From the NCBI GenBank assembly GCA_047636495.1, contig JBLILH010000012.1:27083-91082 (forward strand): DNA of 64,000 bases, in the 5' to 3' direction. This document shows, piece by piece, positions 24,620-34,486 of this stretch. The stretch comes from Candidatus Endobugula sp. (GTDB lineage: Bacteria; Pseudomonadota; Gammaproteobacteria; Pseudomonadales; Cellvibrionaceae). Numbering within the stretch: position 1 is the first letter of the stretch; the number at the start of each line of letters is the position of its first letter. The position numbers were made by a program, and so were the translations under genes. Below the pieces are notes generated by a model. The model ran no database searches. It was given only the letters and a program-made list of their open reading frames with translations, and was not told the DNA's origin.

Positions 24620-27046
24620 GTGTCATCTCCTGAAGCCGCTACAGAACTAGAATTCCCTCTATTGCCCCTGCGTGATGTTGTGGTTTATCCACACATGGTA
24701 CTGCCCCTATTTGTGGGTCGTGCTAAGTCTATTAAGGCCTTGGAAGAGGCGATGAAAAGTAATAAGCAAGTGCTGCTCATCGCTCAAAAGGATGCAAGTG
24801 ATGACGACCCGACTGCTGAAAGTCTTTACGAGATAGGTACGGTTGCATCTATATTACAGTTGCTCAAATTACCTGATGGTACCGTCAAAGTGTTGGTCGA
24901 AGGTGCTTATCGAGCTCATATTAATAGGTTAATTGAAGAAGAACACTTTACTCGTGCGAAAGTCAGTGCGGTAGAGACACAAGAAATCAATGAAGATGAT
25001 GCAAAAGTGTTGATGAGTACGGTGAGGCATCAATTCGAGCAGTATGTCGATCTTAGTAAGAAAGTGCCTGTTGAGGTAATGGCTTCTTTATCCGGCATTG
25101 ATGACCCCGGTCGCCTAGCGGATACCATAGCTGCACATATGTCGCTTCAGCTTCCACAGAAGCAAGAAGCACTGGAAATTCAAAATGAACAAGATCGCTT
25201 AGAGCACTTATTGTCGATGATGGACGCAGAGATAGATGTACATCAAGTCGAAAAACGCATCCGCGGCCGTGTTAAAAAGCAAATGGAAAAAAGTCAGCGC
25301 GAGTACTACCTCAATGAACAAATGAAAGCCATTCAAAAAGAACTGGGTGATCTAGGAGAAGAACTGAGCGAAGCAGAAGAGTTAGAGCGAAAAATTAATG
25401 GCGCAGGTATGCCAAAAGAGGCGTCTGAAAAAGCATTGTCGGAGCTCAATAAGCTCAAAATGATGTCACCTATGTCAGCAGAAGCGTCAGTGTTACGATC
25501 GTATATTGACTGGATGATCAGTGTGCCATGGAAAAAACGCAGTAAAGTCCGCAATGACCTATTACGAGCAGAAGAGATTCTTGAGGAGGATCATTACGGC
25601 CTAGATGATGTAAAAGAGCGTATTTTAGAATATCTAGCCGTTCAAGCACGTGTTAAACGCGTCAAAGGCCCCGTGTTATGTTTGGTCGGTCCGCCAGGTG
25701 TTGGTAAGACATCTTTAGGCGAATCTATTGCTCGGGCCACCAACCGTAAATTTGTTCGTATGGCCTTGGGGGGTGTGCGTGACGAGGCCGAAATTCGTGG
25801 GCATCGTCGTACCTATATAGGCTCAATGCCGGGTAAACTGGTACAAAAAATGTCTAAGGTGGGGGTTAAGAACCCACTTTTTTTGCTCGACGAAATTGAT
25901 AAGATGGGTATGGATAATCGAGGCGACCCTGCATCGGCTCTACTCGAAGTGCTGGATCCAGAGCAAAATCATACGTTCAACGATCATTACTTAGAAGTTG
26001 ATTATGACTTATCTGATGTTATGTTCGTGTGCACATCAAACTCCATGAATATCCCCAGTCCTTTGCTAGATCGGATGGAAGTGATCCGTATTCCGGGCTA
26101 TACCGAGGACGAGAAGCTGAACATCGCACAAAAATATCTTATCCCGAAACAGCAGAAACTTAATGGCTTAAAGAATGGCGAGTTACACGTCAATGACAGT
26201 GCTATTAAAGACATCGTACGTTATTTTACCCGTGAAGCGGGGGTGCGTAATCTTGATAGAGAAGTGGCGAAAATCGCTCGTAAAGCGGTCGCGGCCTTCG
26301 CAAAAGATAAAACACTACAAACATTAACGGTTAGCCATGAAAATATTGAAGAATATCTTGGTGTGCGGAAATACGATTATGGTATTGCAGAGTCTGAAAA
26401 TCAAATTGGTCAGGTCACTGGACTTGCTTGGACACAGGTAGGTGGAGAACTTTTAACGATAGAAGCCTCAGCTGTTTATGGTAAAGGCCACATGATTAAA
26501 ACGGGCTCCTTGGGTGATGTGATGCAAGAGTCAATTCAAGCGGCATTAACGGTTGTGCGTTCAAGGGCACAAGCCCTCGGTATAGCGCCTAATTACCTTG
26601 AAAAATTTGATATTCATATCCACGTGCCTGAAGGTGCAACCCCTAAAGATGGTCCAAGTGCTGGTATTGCAATGACCACAGCATTGGTTTCAGTGTTAAC
26701 GAATAACCCGGTAAAAGCAGATGTAGCCATGACCGGTGAAGTCACTCTGCGTGGTGAAGTACTTCGTATTGGTGGTTTAAAAGAGAAATTATTGGCCGCG
26801 CATCGGGGTGGAATTAAGACTGTTATCATTCCTCACGGTAACGAACGTGATTTGAAGGAGATTCCCGATAATATTAAGGCAGATTTGAGTATTATCCCCG
26901 TTAAGTGGATAGACCAAGTACTAGAAGTTGCGTTACAATCATTGCCGGTCTCACTAAGCGATGACGAGTACAAGGCGTTAGAAGCCAAAGCGTTGGAAGC
27001 TAAGGAGATGCAGTCAAGAAGCGGTTATGAAACAGTTAAACATTGA
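24620..27046 (+). CDS. lon: Lon protease
   Basis: LPLRDVVVYP N-domain, GPPGVGKT, DEIDK, PKDGPSAG catalytic Ser; GTG start at 24620 after AGAGG. Confidence 0.98.
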   Translation: MSSPEAATELEFPLLPLRDVVVYPHMVLPLFVGRAKSIKALEEAMKSNKQVLLIAQKDASDDDPTAESLYEIGTVASILQLLKLPDGTVKVLVEGAYRAHINRLIEEEHFTRAKVSAVETQEINEDDAKVLMSTVRHQFEQYVDLSKKVPVEVMASLSGIDDPGRLADTIAAHMSLQLPQKQEALEIQNEQDRLEHLLSMMDAEIDVHQVEKRIRGRVKKQMEKSQREYYLNEQMKAIQKELGDLGEELSEAEELERKINGAGMPKEASEKALSELNKLKMMSPMSAEASVLRSYIDWMISVPWKKRSKVRNDLLRAEEILEEDHYGLDDVKERILEYLAVQARVKRVKGPVLCLVGPPGVGKTSLGESIARATNRKFVRMALGGVRDEAEIRGHRRTYIGSMPGKLVQKMSKVGVKNPLFLLDEIDKMGMDNRGDPASALLEVLDPEQNHTFNDHYLEVDYDLSDVMFVCTSNSMNIPSPLLDRMEVIRIPGYTEDEKLNIAQKYLIPKQQKLNGLKNGELHVNDSAIKDIVRYFTREAGVRNLDREVAKIARKAVAAFAKDKTLQTLTVSHENIEEYLGVRKYDYGIAESENQIGQVTGLAWTQVGGELLTIEASAVYGKGHMIKTGSLGDVMQESIQAALTVVRSRAQALGIAPNYLEKFDIHIHVPEGATPKDGPSAGIAMTTALVSVLTNNPVKADVAMTGEVTLRGEVLRIGGLKEKLLAAHRGGIKTVIIPHGNERDLKEIPDNIKADLSIIPVKWIDQVLEVALQSLPVSLSDDEYKALEAKALEAKEMQSRSGYETVKH

Positions 27047-27388
27047 GTTTTCTGTGGGTATCGTGGTGATGTGAACACAGACGTGGATAGTCCTCATGTT
27101 AATGTGTACTATCTCCAGCGTTTGTTTATAGTGATGACCTTAAACAGGCTTTTTGTTAGCAGTGCTTTTGTTTTATGCGCTCCCTCAGCCGATTCTGCAG
27201 TTTTTTTGTAGATAAAGTTAAGATAACAGAAGTGTTGGATGTCGCACAAAACAAATATGTGCGATATTTTAAACATCAGAGTATAAAAAAATATAACAGT
27301 AACTTTCTCAGTGCTAAACAGCTTTGTAATACAGCGCTTAGCAATGACAATCAAAATACTAATTAAAAATTAATTAAAGGGGCATATC

Positions 27389-27664
27389 GTGAATAAATCA
27401 GAGCTTATCGAAGCTATTGCTGCATCGGCAGATCTTCCTAAGGCAGCTGCTGGCCGTGCATTAGACGCTGTTATTGATACCATAGAAAATACTTTAAAAA
27501 ATGGTGATCCAGTAACATTAGTAGGGTTTGGCACTTTTTCTGTAAAAGATCGTGCCGCTCGAACGGGCCGCAACCCACAAACGGGCGAACCTATCCAAAT
27601 TAAAGCGGCAAAAATTCCAGGCTTTAAAGCGGGTAAATCACTGAAAGACGCAGTTAATATCTAA
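27389..27664 (+). CDS. hupB: DNA-binding protein HU-beta
   Basis: [26 protein letters not shown]; canonical lon-hupB-ppiD order. Confidence 0.96.
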   Translation: MNKSELIEAIAASADLPKAAAGRALDAVIDTIENTLKNGDPVTLVGFGTFSVKDRAARTGRNPQTGEPIQIKAAKIPGFKAGKSLKDAVNI

Positions 27665-27750
27665 CGCTAAGTCTTAACAGAAAGGGAAATGATATCAGGC
27701 ATGTAACCTCTAGATTCCAATATCTGTGTGGTTACATGCCATAAGCTTGC

Positions 27751-27795
27751 GAGCCACTAAAAGAGGTGCATTAAATGCGCCTTTTTTAGTGGCTC
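27751..27795. terminator. 21-bp hairpin after hupB, probable terminator
   Basis: GAGCCACTAAAAGAGGTGCAT-TAA-ATGCGCCTTTTTTAGTGGCTC pairs throughout with two G-U pairs. Confidence 0.7.
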
Positions 27796-27921
27796 ATATT
27801 TAGTGCAGAGATTATCCACACATCTCTTCAGTCAACCATCATTCATCATGACTGTGGTAGAATAGAAAGCTTAATTATATCAAATATTACTAACCATTCT
27901 TACTGTATATAGAGGCCAAAC

Positions 27922-29874
27922 ATGCTGCAAAGTATGCGAAATAAAACCAAAGGTTTAGTTGCTGTTTTTGTGATTGGATTATTAACCATTCCTTTGGCAT
28001 TGGTGGGTGTTGAAAATCTGTTTAATGGCACTAGCAATGTAGGCGAGGCCGCTAAAGTTGACGGTTCAATTATTACCGAAAGAGATGTACAGCTTGCCAC
28101 AGCAAGAGAAAGGCAACGTCTACAAACTCAATATGGCGACAATTTCCCCGCAGCTTTCTTTACCGATGAGCGGTTGAGAGAATTGTCCATGACCAGTCTT
28201 GTTCAGCGAGCATTGATGGTTAATGTCGCTGAGAAAGGAAAAATGACATTTTCCGACCGCGATATTGATCAATCTATAATTGAACAGCCCCTTTTTCAAG
28301 TGGCAGGCACTTTTAATCAACAGCAGTTTTTGCAGAGTGTTAGGAACTTAGGTCATACTGCGTTATCTTTCCGAGCATTGTTAAAAAGTGATATGTTAGC
28401 TAATCAGATGCAGGGAGCTGTTGTTTATAGCGAGTTCATCACCGATAAAGAGATTGATCAGATGATTGCGTTGTCTCAACAAACACGCGATTTTTCTTGG
28501 ATTACTTTACCTATTGGTGACTTACCAAAAACAATCTCGGTGACAGAGGCTGAAATAGCGACCCATTACGAAGCTAACAAACAAGAGTATCTCTCAAACG
28601 AAGAGGTGTCGATAGAATATATTGACCTAAATGTTAGTGATATTAGTAAGGGTATTATTATTGATGAAGCAGCTGTAATGCAAGAATATGATGTTATCGT
28701 CGCTAGTTATAGCTCAAGCACCGATCGTGAAGCCGCTCATATTATGGTAGAGGGTAGTGACGAAGCCGCTAAGCAAAAAATCGCAGATTTACAAGATAAG
28801 TTGAGTGTGGGTGATAATTTCATTACTTTAGCAAGTGACTATTCTGACGATTTTGGTACTAGAGACAATGGTGGTAATTTGGGCGTTAGTAACGGCGATG
28901 CTTTCCCTGACGCTTTTGAGGAAGCATTATTAGGCCTAACCTCAGGGCAAGTGTCCGGGCCAATAGAAATTGACGGTGCTACCCATTTTATTAAACTACT
29001 GAGTATTAGAGAGAATACTGCACCTAGTTTCGAGTCTCAGCAGGAAAAAATTACTATAGATCTCAAACGAGCGAGAGCAGAAGAGCAATTTATAAACGAT
29101 GTTCAAGCACTGGAAGACCTCGCTTACAATGCCGAAAGCTTATCCGAAGTGGCCGATCTGCTGGCTATAAATGTTATAGACACAGCGTTATTTTCTCGAG
29201 TTAACGCGCTAACAGTCGATACGATTCTACAAGACAGTCGTATTCTCGATGCAGCCTTTAGCGAACAAGTGATCAAAGAGGGGCATAGTAGCAATTTGCT
29301 CAATATCTCATCGGATAGAGTGGTAGTGGTTAAATTATTACAACATAAACCGATTAGAACACTTACACTAATCGAAAAACGTGAAGCGATCACCATCGAG
29401 CTACAATTAGAAAAAGCGAAGTCACACATTGCTGAGCAAGCTAATTCACTTCGTGAAGCATTAGATGATGGAACAGATATAGAGACACTTGCGGCACAGA
29501 ATGAACTGACTGTTAGTATTAAAACGGGTATTCAACGCAATGCTTCTGGTGTACCTGAAGACTTAATGTTGAGCGTTTTTGAAATGCCTCACCCACTTAA
29601 GATAGATGATAAATCATCATCAGACGATTCAAATGGAGCTGCTGCTGAGGTGTCGTTGTTAGAGCGACATCTTAATAATGGTGATTATGTACTTGTCAGT
29701 TTATCTAAGGTTGTGGCCGGTGATGCAGAGTCCCTCACGAGTGCAGAAAGACAAAGCTTCAGAAGCAGTCTTTCTTCGAGGATTGCGGGTGTCGAGTACC
29801 GTGCGTGGCAAGCACAATTAGATAGCGATGCAGATGTAAAAATCTATCGTTCAAAAAATTCAGCAGTTTATTAA
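27922..29874 (+). CDS. ppiD: Periplasmic chaperone/PPIase PpiD
   Basis: MLQSMRN + single N-terminal TM, SurA-like domain, parvulin-like segment (AAHIMV...YSDDFGTRDNGGNLG); synteny. Confidence 0.92.
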   Translation: MLQSMRNKTKGLVAVFVIGLLTIPLALVGVENLFNGTSNVGEAAKVDGSIITERDVQLATARERQRLQTQYGDNFPAAFFTDERLRELSMTSLVQRALMVNVAEKGKMTFSDRDIDQSIIEQPLFQVAGTFNQQQFLQSVRNLGHTALSFRALLKSDMLANQMQGAVVYSEFITDKEIDQMIALSQQTRDFSWITLPIGDLPKTISVTEAEIATHYEANKQEYLSNEEVSIEYIDLNVSDISKGIIIDEAAVMQEYDVIVASYSSSTDREAAHIMVEGSDEAAKQKIADLQDKLSVGDNFITLASDYSDDFGTRDNGGNLGVSNGDAFPDAFEEALLGLTSGQVSGPIEIDGATHFIKLLSIRENTAPSFESQQEKITIDLKRARAEEQFINDVQALEDLAYNAESLSEVADLLAINVIDTALFSRVNALTVDTILQDSRILDAAFSEQVIKEGHSSNLLNISSDRVVVVKLLQHKPIRTLTLIEKREAITIELQLEKAKSHIAEQANSLREALDDGTDIETLAAQNELTVSIKTGIQRNASGVPEDLMLSVFEMPHPLKIDDKSSSDDSNGAAAEVSLLERHLNNGDYVLVSLSKVVAGDAESLTSAERQSFRSSLSSRIAGVEYRAWQAQLDSDADVKIYRSKNSAVY

Positions 29875-30177
29875 TACGCTGACCTAATTAAGAGCGTTAA
29901 GTGGCGTGGATGCCACCTAACGCTCTTGTTGAATATTTATTGGTCAGTAGTAAGTGTAATGTTTATTCTTTATTTTCTATTCATTCTATCTTGCACCACT
30001 TTATAAACCTTTCTTTTCACATCGATCATATCCTTCCTTATATACTCTCTCCCCATACCCCAAATCAATGTTATACCTTTTAATGCTAAGCCATGATGCG
30101 CGACATTTTTTTGTCATTTTGTTGGTGCGATGGTTGTAGTAATTTCTAAGTATATGATTAATATAGTTTTTTGTACT

Positions 30178-30193
30178 TGGCACTGCCTTTGCA
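30178..30193 (+). promoter_or_regulatory. sigma54 -24/-12 promoter of fleSR
   Basis: TGGCAC-TGCCT-TTGCA, perfect consensus, about 70 nt before the start codon. Confidence 0.8.
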
Positions 30194-30261
30194 GATAAAA
30201 TGTTTATCATATGTAAATTGTCGTTTTACATATATCGAATATTTTGTAATAGAGGTTGATC

Positions 30262-31614
30262 ATGACAGAAAGCGTACGCCAAGTAGTGCCATCCAGCGCA
30301 TCATCATTTTCAGGTGTGTTATTTTCTTCTTCAGATAGCGGTGCTACATTCGATAACAGCACTGCGACTAACCCTCCAACCAATGATATTTTTAGTCATG
30401 TCGACATGCAGTTAACGACAGGATCGAAAGCAATACCTGATAATAAGCCAGTAACATCTCCATCTAAATCAGCTGCTGAGCTATTTACAGATCTGTCAGT
30501 TCAGCTAACTGAGTCGTATAGTTTATTAGAAGAGCAGGTTGCAGATTTAACTTCCGAATTGAATACCGTCAGTGAGCAGCGAATACAAGAGTTAAAAGAT
30601 AAGGAGCAAGTCGCCAATCGTTTAGAGCAATTAATTAATTTTTTACCGGGTGGCGTTGTAGTACTTGACCAACGTGGCATCGTGGTTGAAATAAATCCTA
30701 CAGCAGAAGAAATGTTGGAGCGTCATTTAAAGGGACGACTATGGCGTGATGTAATCAGTCAATGTTTTTCCCCCAAGAGTGACGATGGGCATGAAGTGTC
30801 AAACAACAAAGGTAAACGGATTAACATTGCTACACGTTCTCTAGGTGTAGACGGTCAAATTATCCTGCTAACCGATCAAACAGAAACTCGTCACTTACAA
30901 GCTCAGTTAAGCCGCCATGAGCGATTAACGGCATTAGGTAAAATGGTTTCTACTCTCGCACACCAAGTACGTACGCCATTGTCTGCCGCCATGTTATATG
31001 CAAACCATATTTTAGATGAATCATTACCTGTGCATAAGCGTCAGGATTTCACACAAAAAATAGTGAATAGATTACATGAAATGGAACGACAAGTACGCGA
31101 TATGCTGTTGTTTGTAAAAGCGGGCATGCCACTTGACGATAGGTTAACTATTGGTGAGCTTCAATCACAGCTTGTAGAGTCAACAGAAATGTTGTTCACA
31201 CATCATTCGGTCAAGTGTCGCTGGCTAACGGAAAACTCTGAAAAAAACATTACCTGCAACAAAGATGCATTAATCGGCGCTGTATTAAACCTGATCAACA
31301 ATAGTGTACAAGCAATGGAAGATGTTAAAGATAAGGGCATAGAAAAAAATGCCGAGTTATGTATAGCGCTATATCAGCAGCACACTGATCAGTTAGTCAT
31401 TAACGTTGTTGATAATGGTGTTGGGATTGATGACGTCGCTAAACCGCATGTCAACGAGTTATTTTTTACGACTAAGTCACAGGGTACAGGTATTGGCCTG
31501 TCAGTGGTCAACACGGTAGTCAAGGCACACAACAGTGGGACATTTAGTTTGAAAAATAACCTATCTTCGGGTGCATCTGCAGTTCTCACATTACCGATTT
31601 TATTATCAGACTAG
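30262..31614 (+). CDS. fleS: Flagellar PAS sensor histidine kinase FleS (FlrB-like)
   Basis: LPGGVVVLD PAS, LAHQVRTPLSAA H-box, NLINNS, DNGVG, FFTTKSQGTGIGL; no TM; precedes fleR-fliE. Confidence 0.9.
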   Translation: MTESVRQVVPSSASSFSGVLFSSSDSGATFDNSTATNPPTNDIFSHVDMQLTTGSKAIPDNKPVTSPSKSAAELFTDLSVQLTESYSLLEEQVADLTSELNTVSEQRIQELKDKEQVANRLEQLINFLPGGVVVLDQRGIVVEINPTAEEMLERHLKGRLWRDVISQCFSPKSDDGHEVSNNKGKRINIATRSLGVDGQIILLTDQTETRHLQAQLSRHERLTALGKMVSTLAHQVRTPLSAAMLYANHILDESLPVHKRQDFTQKIVNRLHEMERQVRDMLLFVKAGMPLDDRLTIGELQSQLVESTEMLFTHHSVKCRWLTENSEKNITCNKDALIGAVLNLINNSVQAMEDVKDKGIEKNAELCIALYQQHTDQLVINVVDNGVGIDDVAKPHVNELFFTTKSQGTGIGLSVVNTVVKAHNSGTFSLKNNLSSGASAVLTLPILLSD

Positions 31615-31696
31615 GAGTCTGATAATAACAGTAATAAATGTCCGTGAAGCAGATTACAGAAACAACCAAAAAATAGAGCAATAGAGAGAGTATATT

Positions 31697-33298
31697 ATGT
31701 CAGCTTTACTGTCGAACTCAGAAACGATTGATAACTCAGTGGCGTATTCTGGTAGCCTTGGGAAAAATGATCCACAGAACACTTCCAAAATACAAAAGTT
31801 ACTAGTGGTTGAAGACGACTTTGCTCTTCGCGAAGCCCTTGAAGATACCTTATCATTGGCACATTACAATGTGGTTTCAGCTAAAAGTGCCGAACAAGCG
31901 ATAGACATGCTGAGCCGACTAAAAAACATTTCAATGGTGGTTTCAGATATTAACATGGGCGTATTGAGCGGACACGATTTGCTACAACATATCACGGAGT
32001 CACATGCACATATTCCGGTTCTGTTAATGACTGCTTACGGCAGTGTACGCGATTCTGTCGATGCTATGCGACACGGTGCAGTTGACTACCTAGTAAAACC
32101 GTTCGAACCTAAAGAGTTAGTTGATATCGTACAGCGACAACTGGGTCACGCTATTGTCAGCAGTACTGATATGCCAGTAGCGGTAGACGCTTATAGTCAA
32201 CAACTATTACAGTTAAGTACGCGTGTTGCGCAGTCTAATTCTACGGCTCTTATTTTAGGTGAATCGGGTACTGGCAAAGAAGTGTTGGCTCGGTTTATAC
32301 ATCAAAAATCCAGTCGTGCTAACAAACCGTTTATTGCCATCAATTGCGCCGCTATTCCAGAAAATATGTTGGAAGCCATGTTGTTTGGTTACGAAAAAGG
32401 TGCATACACTGGGGCGTTAGCCTGTACTCCTGGGAAATTTGAACAAGCTAACGGCGGCACTCTGTTGCTAGATGAAATATCTGAAATGGATATAGGGCTT
32501 CAAGCAAAACTCCTTCGGGTGCTTCAAGAACAGGAAGTTGAGCGCCTAGGCGGTAAAAAAGTCATTGCCTTGGATGTACGTGTCATTGCTACCTCAAACC
32601 GTAATATGGTGACACAGGTTGCTGAAGGTAAGTTCAGAGAAGATTTATATTACCGTTTAAGCGTACTTCCCTTAGTGTGGAAACCGTTACGCGAAAGACG
32701 AGATGATATTTTACCTTTAGCTCAGTTGCTTCTGAGTAAGCATTCTACCAAGCAAAAGCGCTCCCGCATGGTGATTCACTCTCAGGCGCAGCAAGCACTG
32801 TTAACGCATCCTTGGCCAGGTAACGTAAGAGAGTTAGATAACGTCATTCAGCGAGCGCTGATTTTACAACAAGGAAATATAATCCAAGCGAATGATCTTG
32901 GCTTTGATATGATGTCGATGTCAGTCAGTGGTACTACTTTACCATCACCGCTAGATAATGTTATCGCGCAAGAGGAGGAAAACTTTAACACGTCTAGTTT
33001 TTCAGAAAATACTCATGAGACTAGAATATCTTCCGACTCAATATTATACCCAAAGATTGCTAATGAAGAGGGTAGGTCAACAGGTAACCGCCATTCATTA
33101 GTAGGTATGCTTGATGCTGAAAGTTCAGCCCAGTGTTTAGGTGATAATTTACAAATTAAAGAATTTGAAATTATTGCAGAAACTTTACAACAAGAAAGCG
33201 GAAGTCGTAAAAATACAGCAGAACGTTTGGGTATTAGTCCACGGACATTACGCTATAAATTAGCTAAGATGCGTGAAGCAGGTTTGATAGATAGATAG
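31697..33298 (+). CDS. fleR: sigma54-dependent response regulator FleR (FlrC-like)
   Basis: Receiver (VVEDD, SDINM), GESGTGKE, GAYTGA loop, RELDN, C-terminal LGISPRTLRYKL HTH. Confidence 0.92.
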   Translation: MSALLSNSETIDNSVAYSGSLGKNDPQNTSKIQKLLVVEDDFALREALEDTLSLAHYNVVSAKSAEQAIDMLSRLKNISMVVSDINMGVLSGHDLLQHITESHAHIPVLLMTAYGSVRDSVDAMRHGAVDYLVKPFEPKELVDIVQRQLGHAIVSSTDMPVAVDAYSQQLLQLSTRVAQSNSTALILGESGTGKEVLARFIHQKSSRANKPFIAINCAAIPENMLEAMLFGYEKGAYTGALACTPGKFEQANGGTLLLDEISEMDIGLQAKLLRVLQEQEVERLGGKKVIALDVRVIATSNRNMVTQVAEGKFREDLYYRLSVLPLVWKPLRERRDDILPLAQLLLSKHSTKQKRSRMVIHSQAQQALLTHPWPGNVRELDNVIQRALILQQGNIIQANDLGFDMMSMSVSGTTLPSPLDNVIAQEEENFNTSSFSENTHETRISSDSILYPKIANEEGRSTGNRHSLVGMLDAESSAQCLGDNLQIKEFEIIAETLQQESGSRKNTAERLGISPRTLRYKLAKMREAGLIDR

Positions 33299-33531
33299 TT
33301 ACATTAGGCGATGAGACGCAGTCAAAAAAGGCTATTGAATGTTATTGTTACAATAAAAATATCTATCAAAAAGTATTGATGGTTTGTTGGGTAAGGGTTG
33401 AATTTCGTTGGCCAAACAAGAGGCAAGCGTTGCTTTATCTGGTGTAAGATGTACCTATAACTCGATGTCTTGATAGGGTATTTTCCATGTTTATTTATTG
33501 TTTTGCGTAACGTGTCAAGCAGGAGATGTTT

Positions 33532-33720
33532 ATGACTGATGCCAATAATACCAATCAAATTGGTTCTGTTGATGGTTCTAACCATAGCCTTAATAATAAT
33601 GAAGATGATCCATACACTGATGATAAATCACCTTCTCTATCTATTGATGCTAGACGGCGTTTAGAAGAACGGTTGGCTTAGCGTTAACTCGAAAAAGAAA
33701 TTCGAGATCTTAATTTATAA
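33532..33720 (+). pseudogene. Small acidic protein (PA3496-like, tentative) with two in-frame stops
   Basis: CAGGAG ribosome-binding site then MTDANN...IDARRRLEERLA*R*LEKEIRDLNL*; stops at 33679-81 and 33685-87 fall within an RRRLEERL.E..L..EI-type motif. Confidence 0.5.
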
Positions 33721-33761
33721 CTGTCTTATGCATTTCCACAGTCAATTTCTCTTTGCTCGTT

Positions 33762-33792
33762 GTTTGCACTCATACTTTAGATGAGTGCAAAC
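33762..33792 (+). terminator. 12-bp perfect inverted repeat after the small ORF
   Basis: GTTTGCACTCAT-ACTTTAG-ATGAGTGCAAAC followed by TTACTTCT. Confidence 0.5.
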
Positions 33793-33923
33793 TTACTTCT
33801 GTAGTATCCCCCGTAACCTATCTTTTGAGCGTCCGGTATTACACCTCAGTTGTTGATGTGTGTGATGTATGGTGGTGGATATCCCATCAGTTTATTTACA
33901 TAGAGGTAGTGCCTGTCAACAAT

Positions 33924-33939
33924 TGGCCTGGTTTGTGCT
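33924..33939 (+). promoter_or_regulatory. sigma54 promoter of the fliE operon
   Basis: TGGCCT-GGTTT-GTGCT with correct GG-N10-GC spacing. Confidence 0.6.
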
Positions 33940-34057
33940 AAATAAATACTGAAAGGTGAATAAGAGCCAAAAAAATGTCGTTGAACCGATCCACACCCAA
34001 TGACAAGTTTTTGTTAACCAATATAGACGTGATTTAATAAGAGTACTGAGGTGTTAT

Positions 34058-34420
34058 ATGATTTCTGACCGAATGGATATTAATCGTGTCCTTGCAGAAA
34101 TGCGTTCTATGAAGGCGCAGACTCAACCTGCCCAAATCGAACGTAATATTAACCCGTTACAGTCACTCAGTGACGGTGTTAAACCCACATCAGAAAGTTC
34201 TAGTTTTGGCAATGTCATGTCACAGGCAGTTAACCACGTAGACGCCCTTCATAAAACATCAAATCAGCTTGCTACCGCTTATGAGAAAGGCCAAGCAGGT
34301 GTTGATATTACCGATGTAATGATTGCGTCACAAAAAGCTAGTGTGTCCTTTCAAGCAATGTTACAAGTAAGAAATAAAATGGTAGATGCATACCGCGACG
34401 TGATGAATATGCCGGTATAA
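34058..34420 (+). CDS. fliE: Flagellar hook-basal body protein FliE
   Basis: DVMIASQKASVSFQAMLQVRNKMVDAYRDVMNMPV C-terminus. Confidence 0.96.
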   Translation: MISDRMDINRVLAEMRSMKAQTQPAQIERNINPLQSLSDGVKPTSESSSFGNVMSQAVNHVDALHKTSNQLATAYEKGQAGVDITDVMIASQKASVSFQAMLQVRNKMVDAYRDVMNMPV

Positions 34421-34486
34421 GCCACCTTTCGGCTTACACTGCATGCCGAATAAATAGTGACACCCATGCAATAAACTGAGATAACA

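Noticed and set aside
27812-27820. Perfect DnaA boxes (TTATCCACA here and at 24685-24693)
   Set aside because: Isolated, one lies inside lon, and roughly one hit is expected by chance; no cluster or origin context.
33322-33585. Intergenic ORFs 33322..33585, 12413..12640, 30001..30210, 7471..7665
   Set aside because: AT-rich, no recognisable motifs, weak starts; most likely chance frames.
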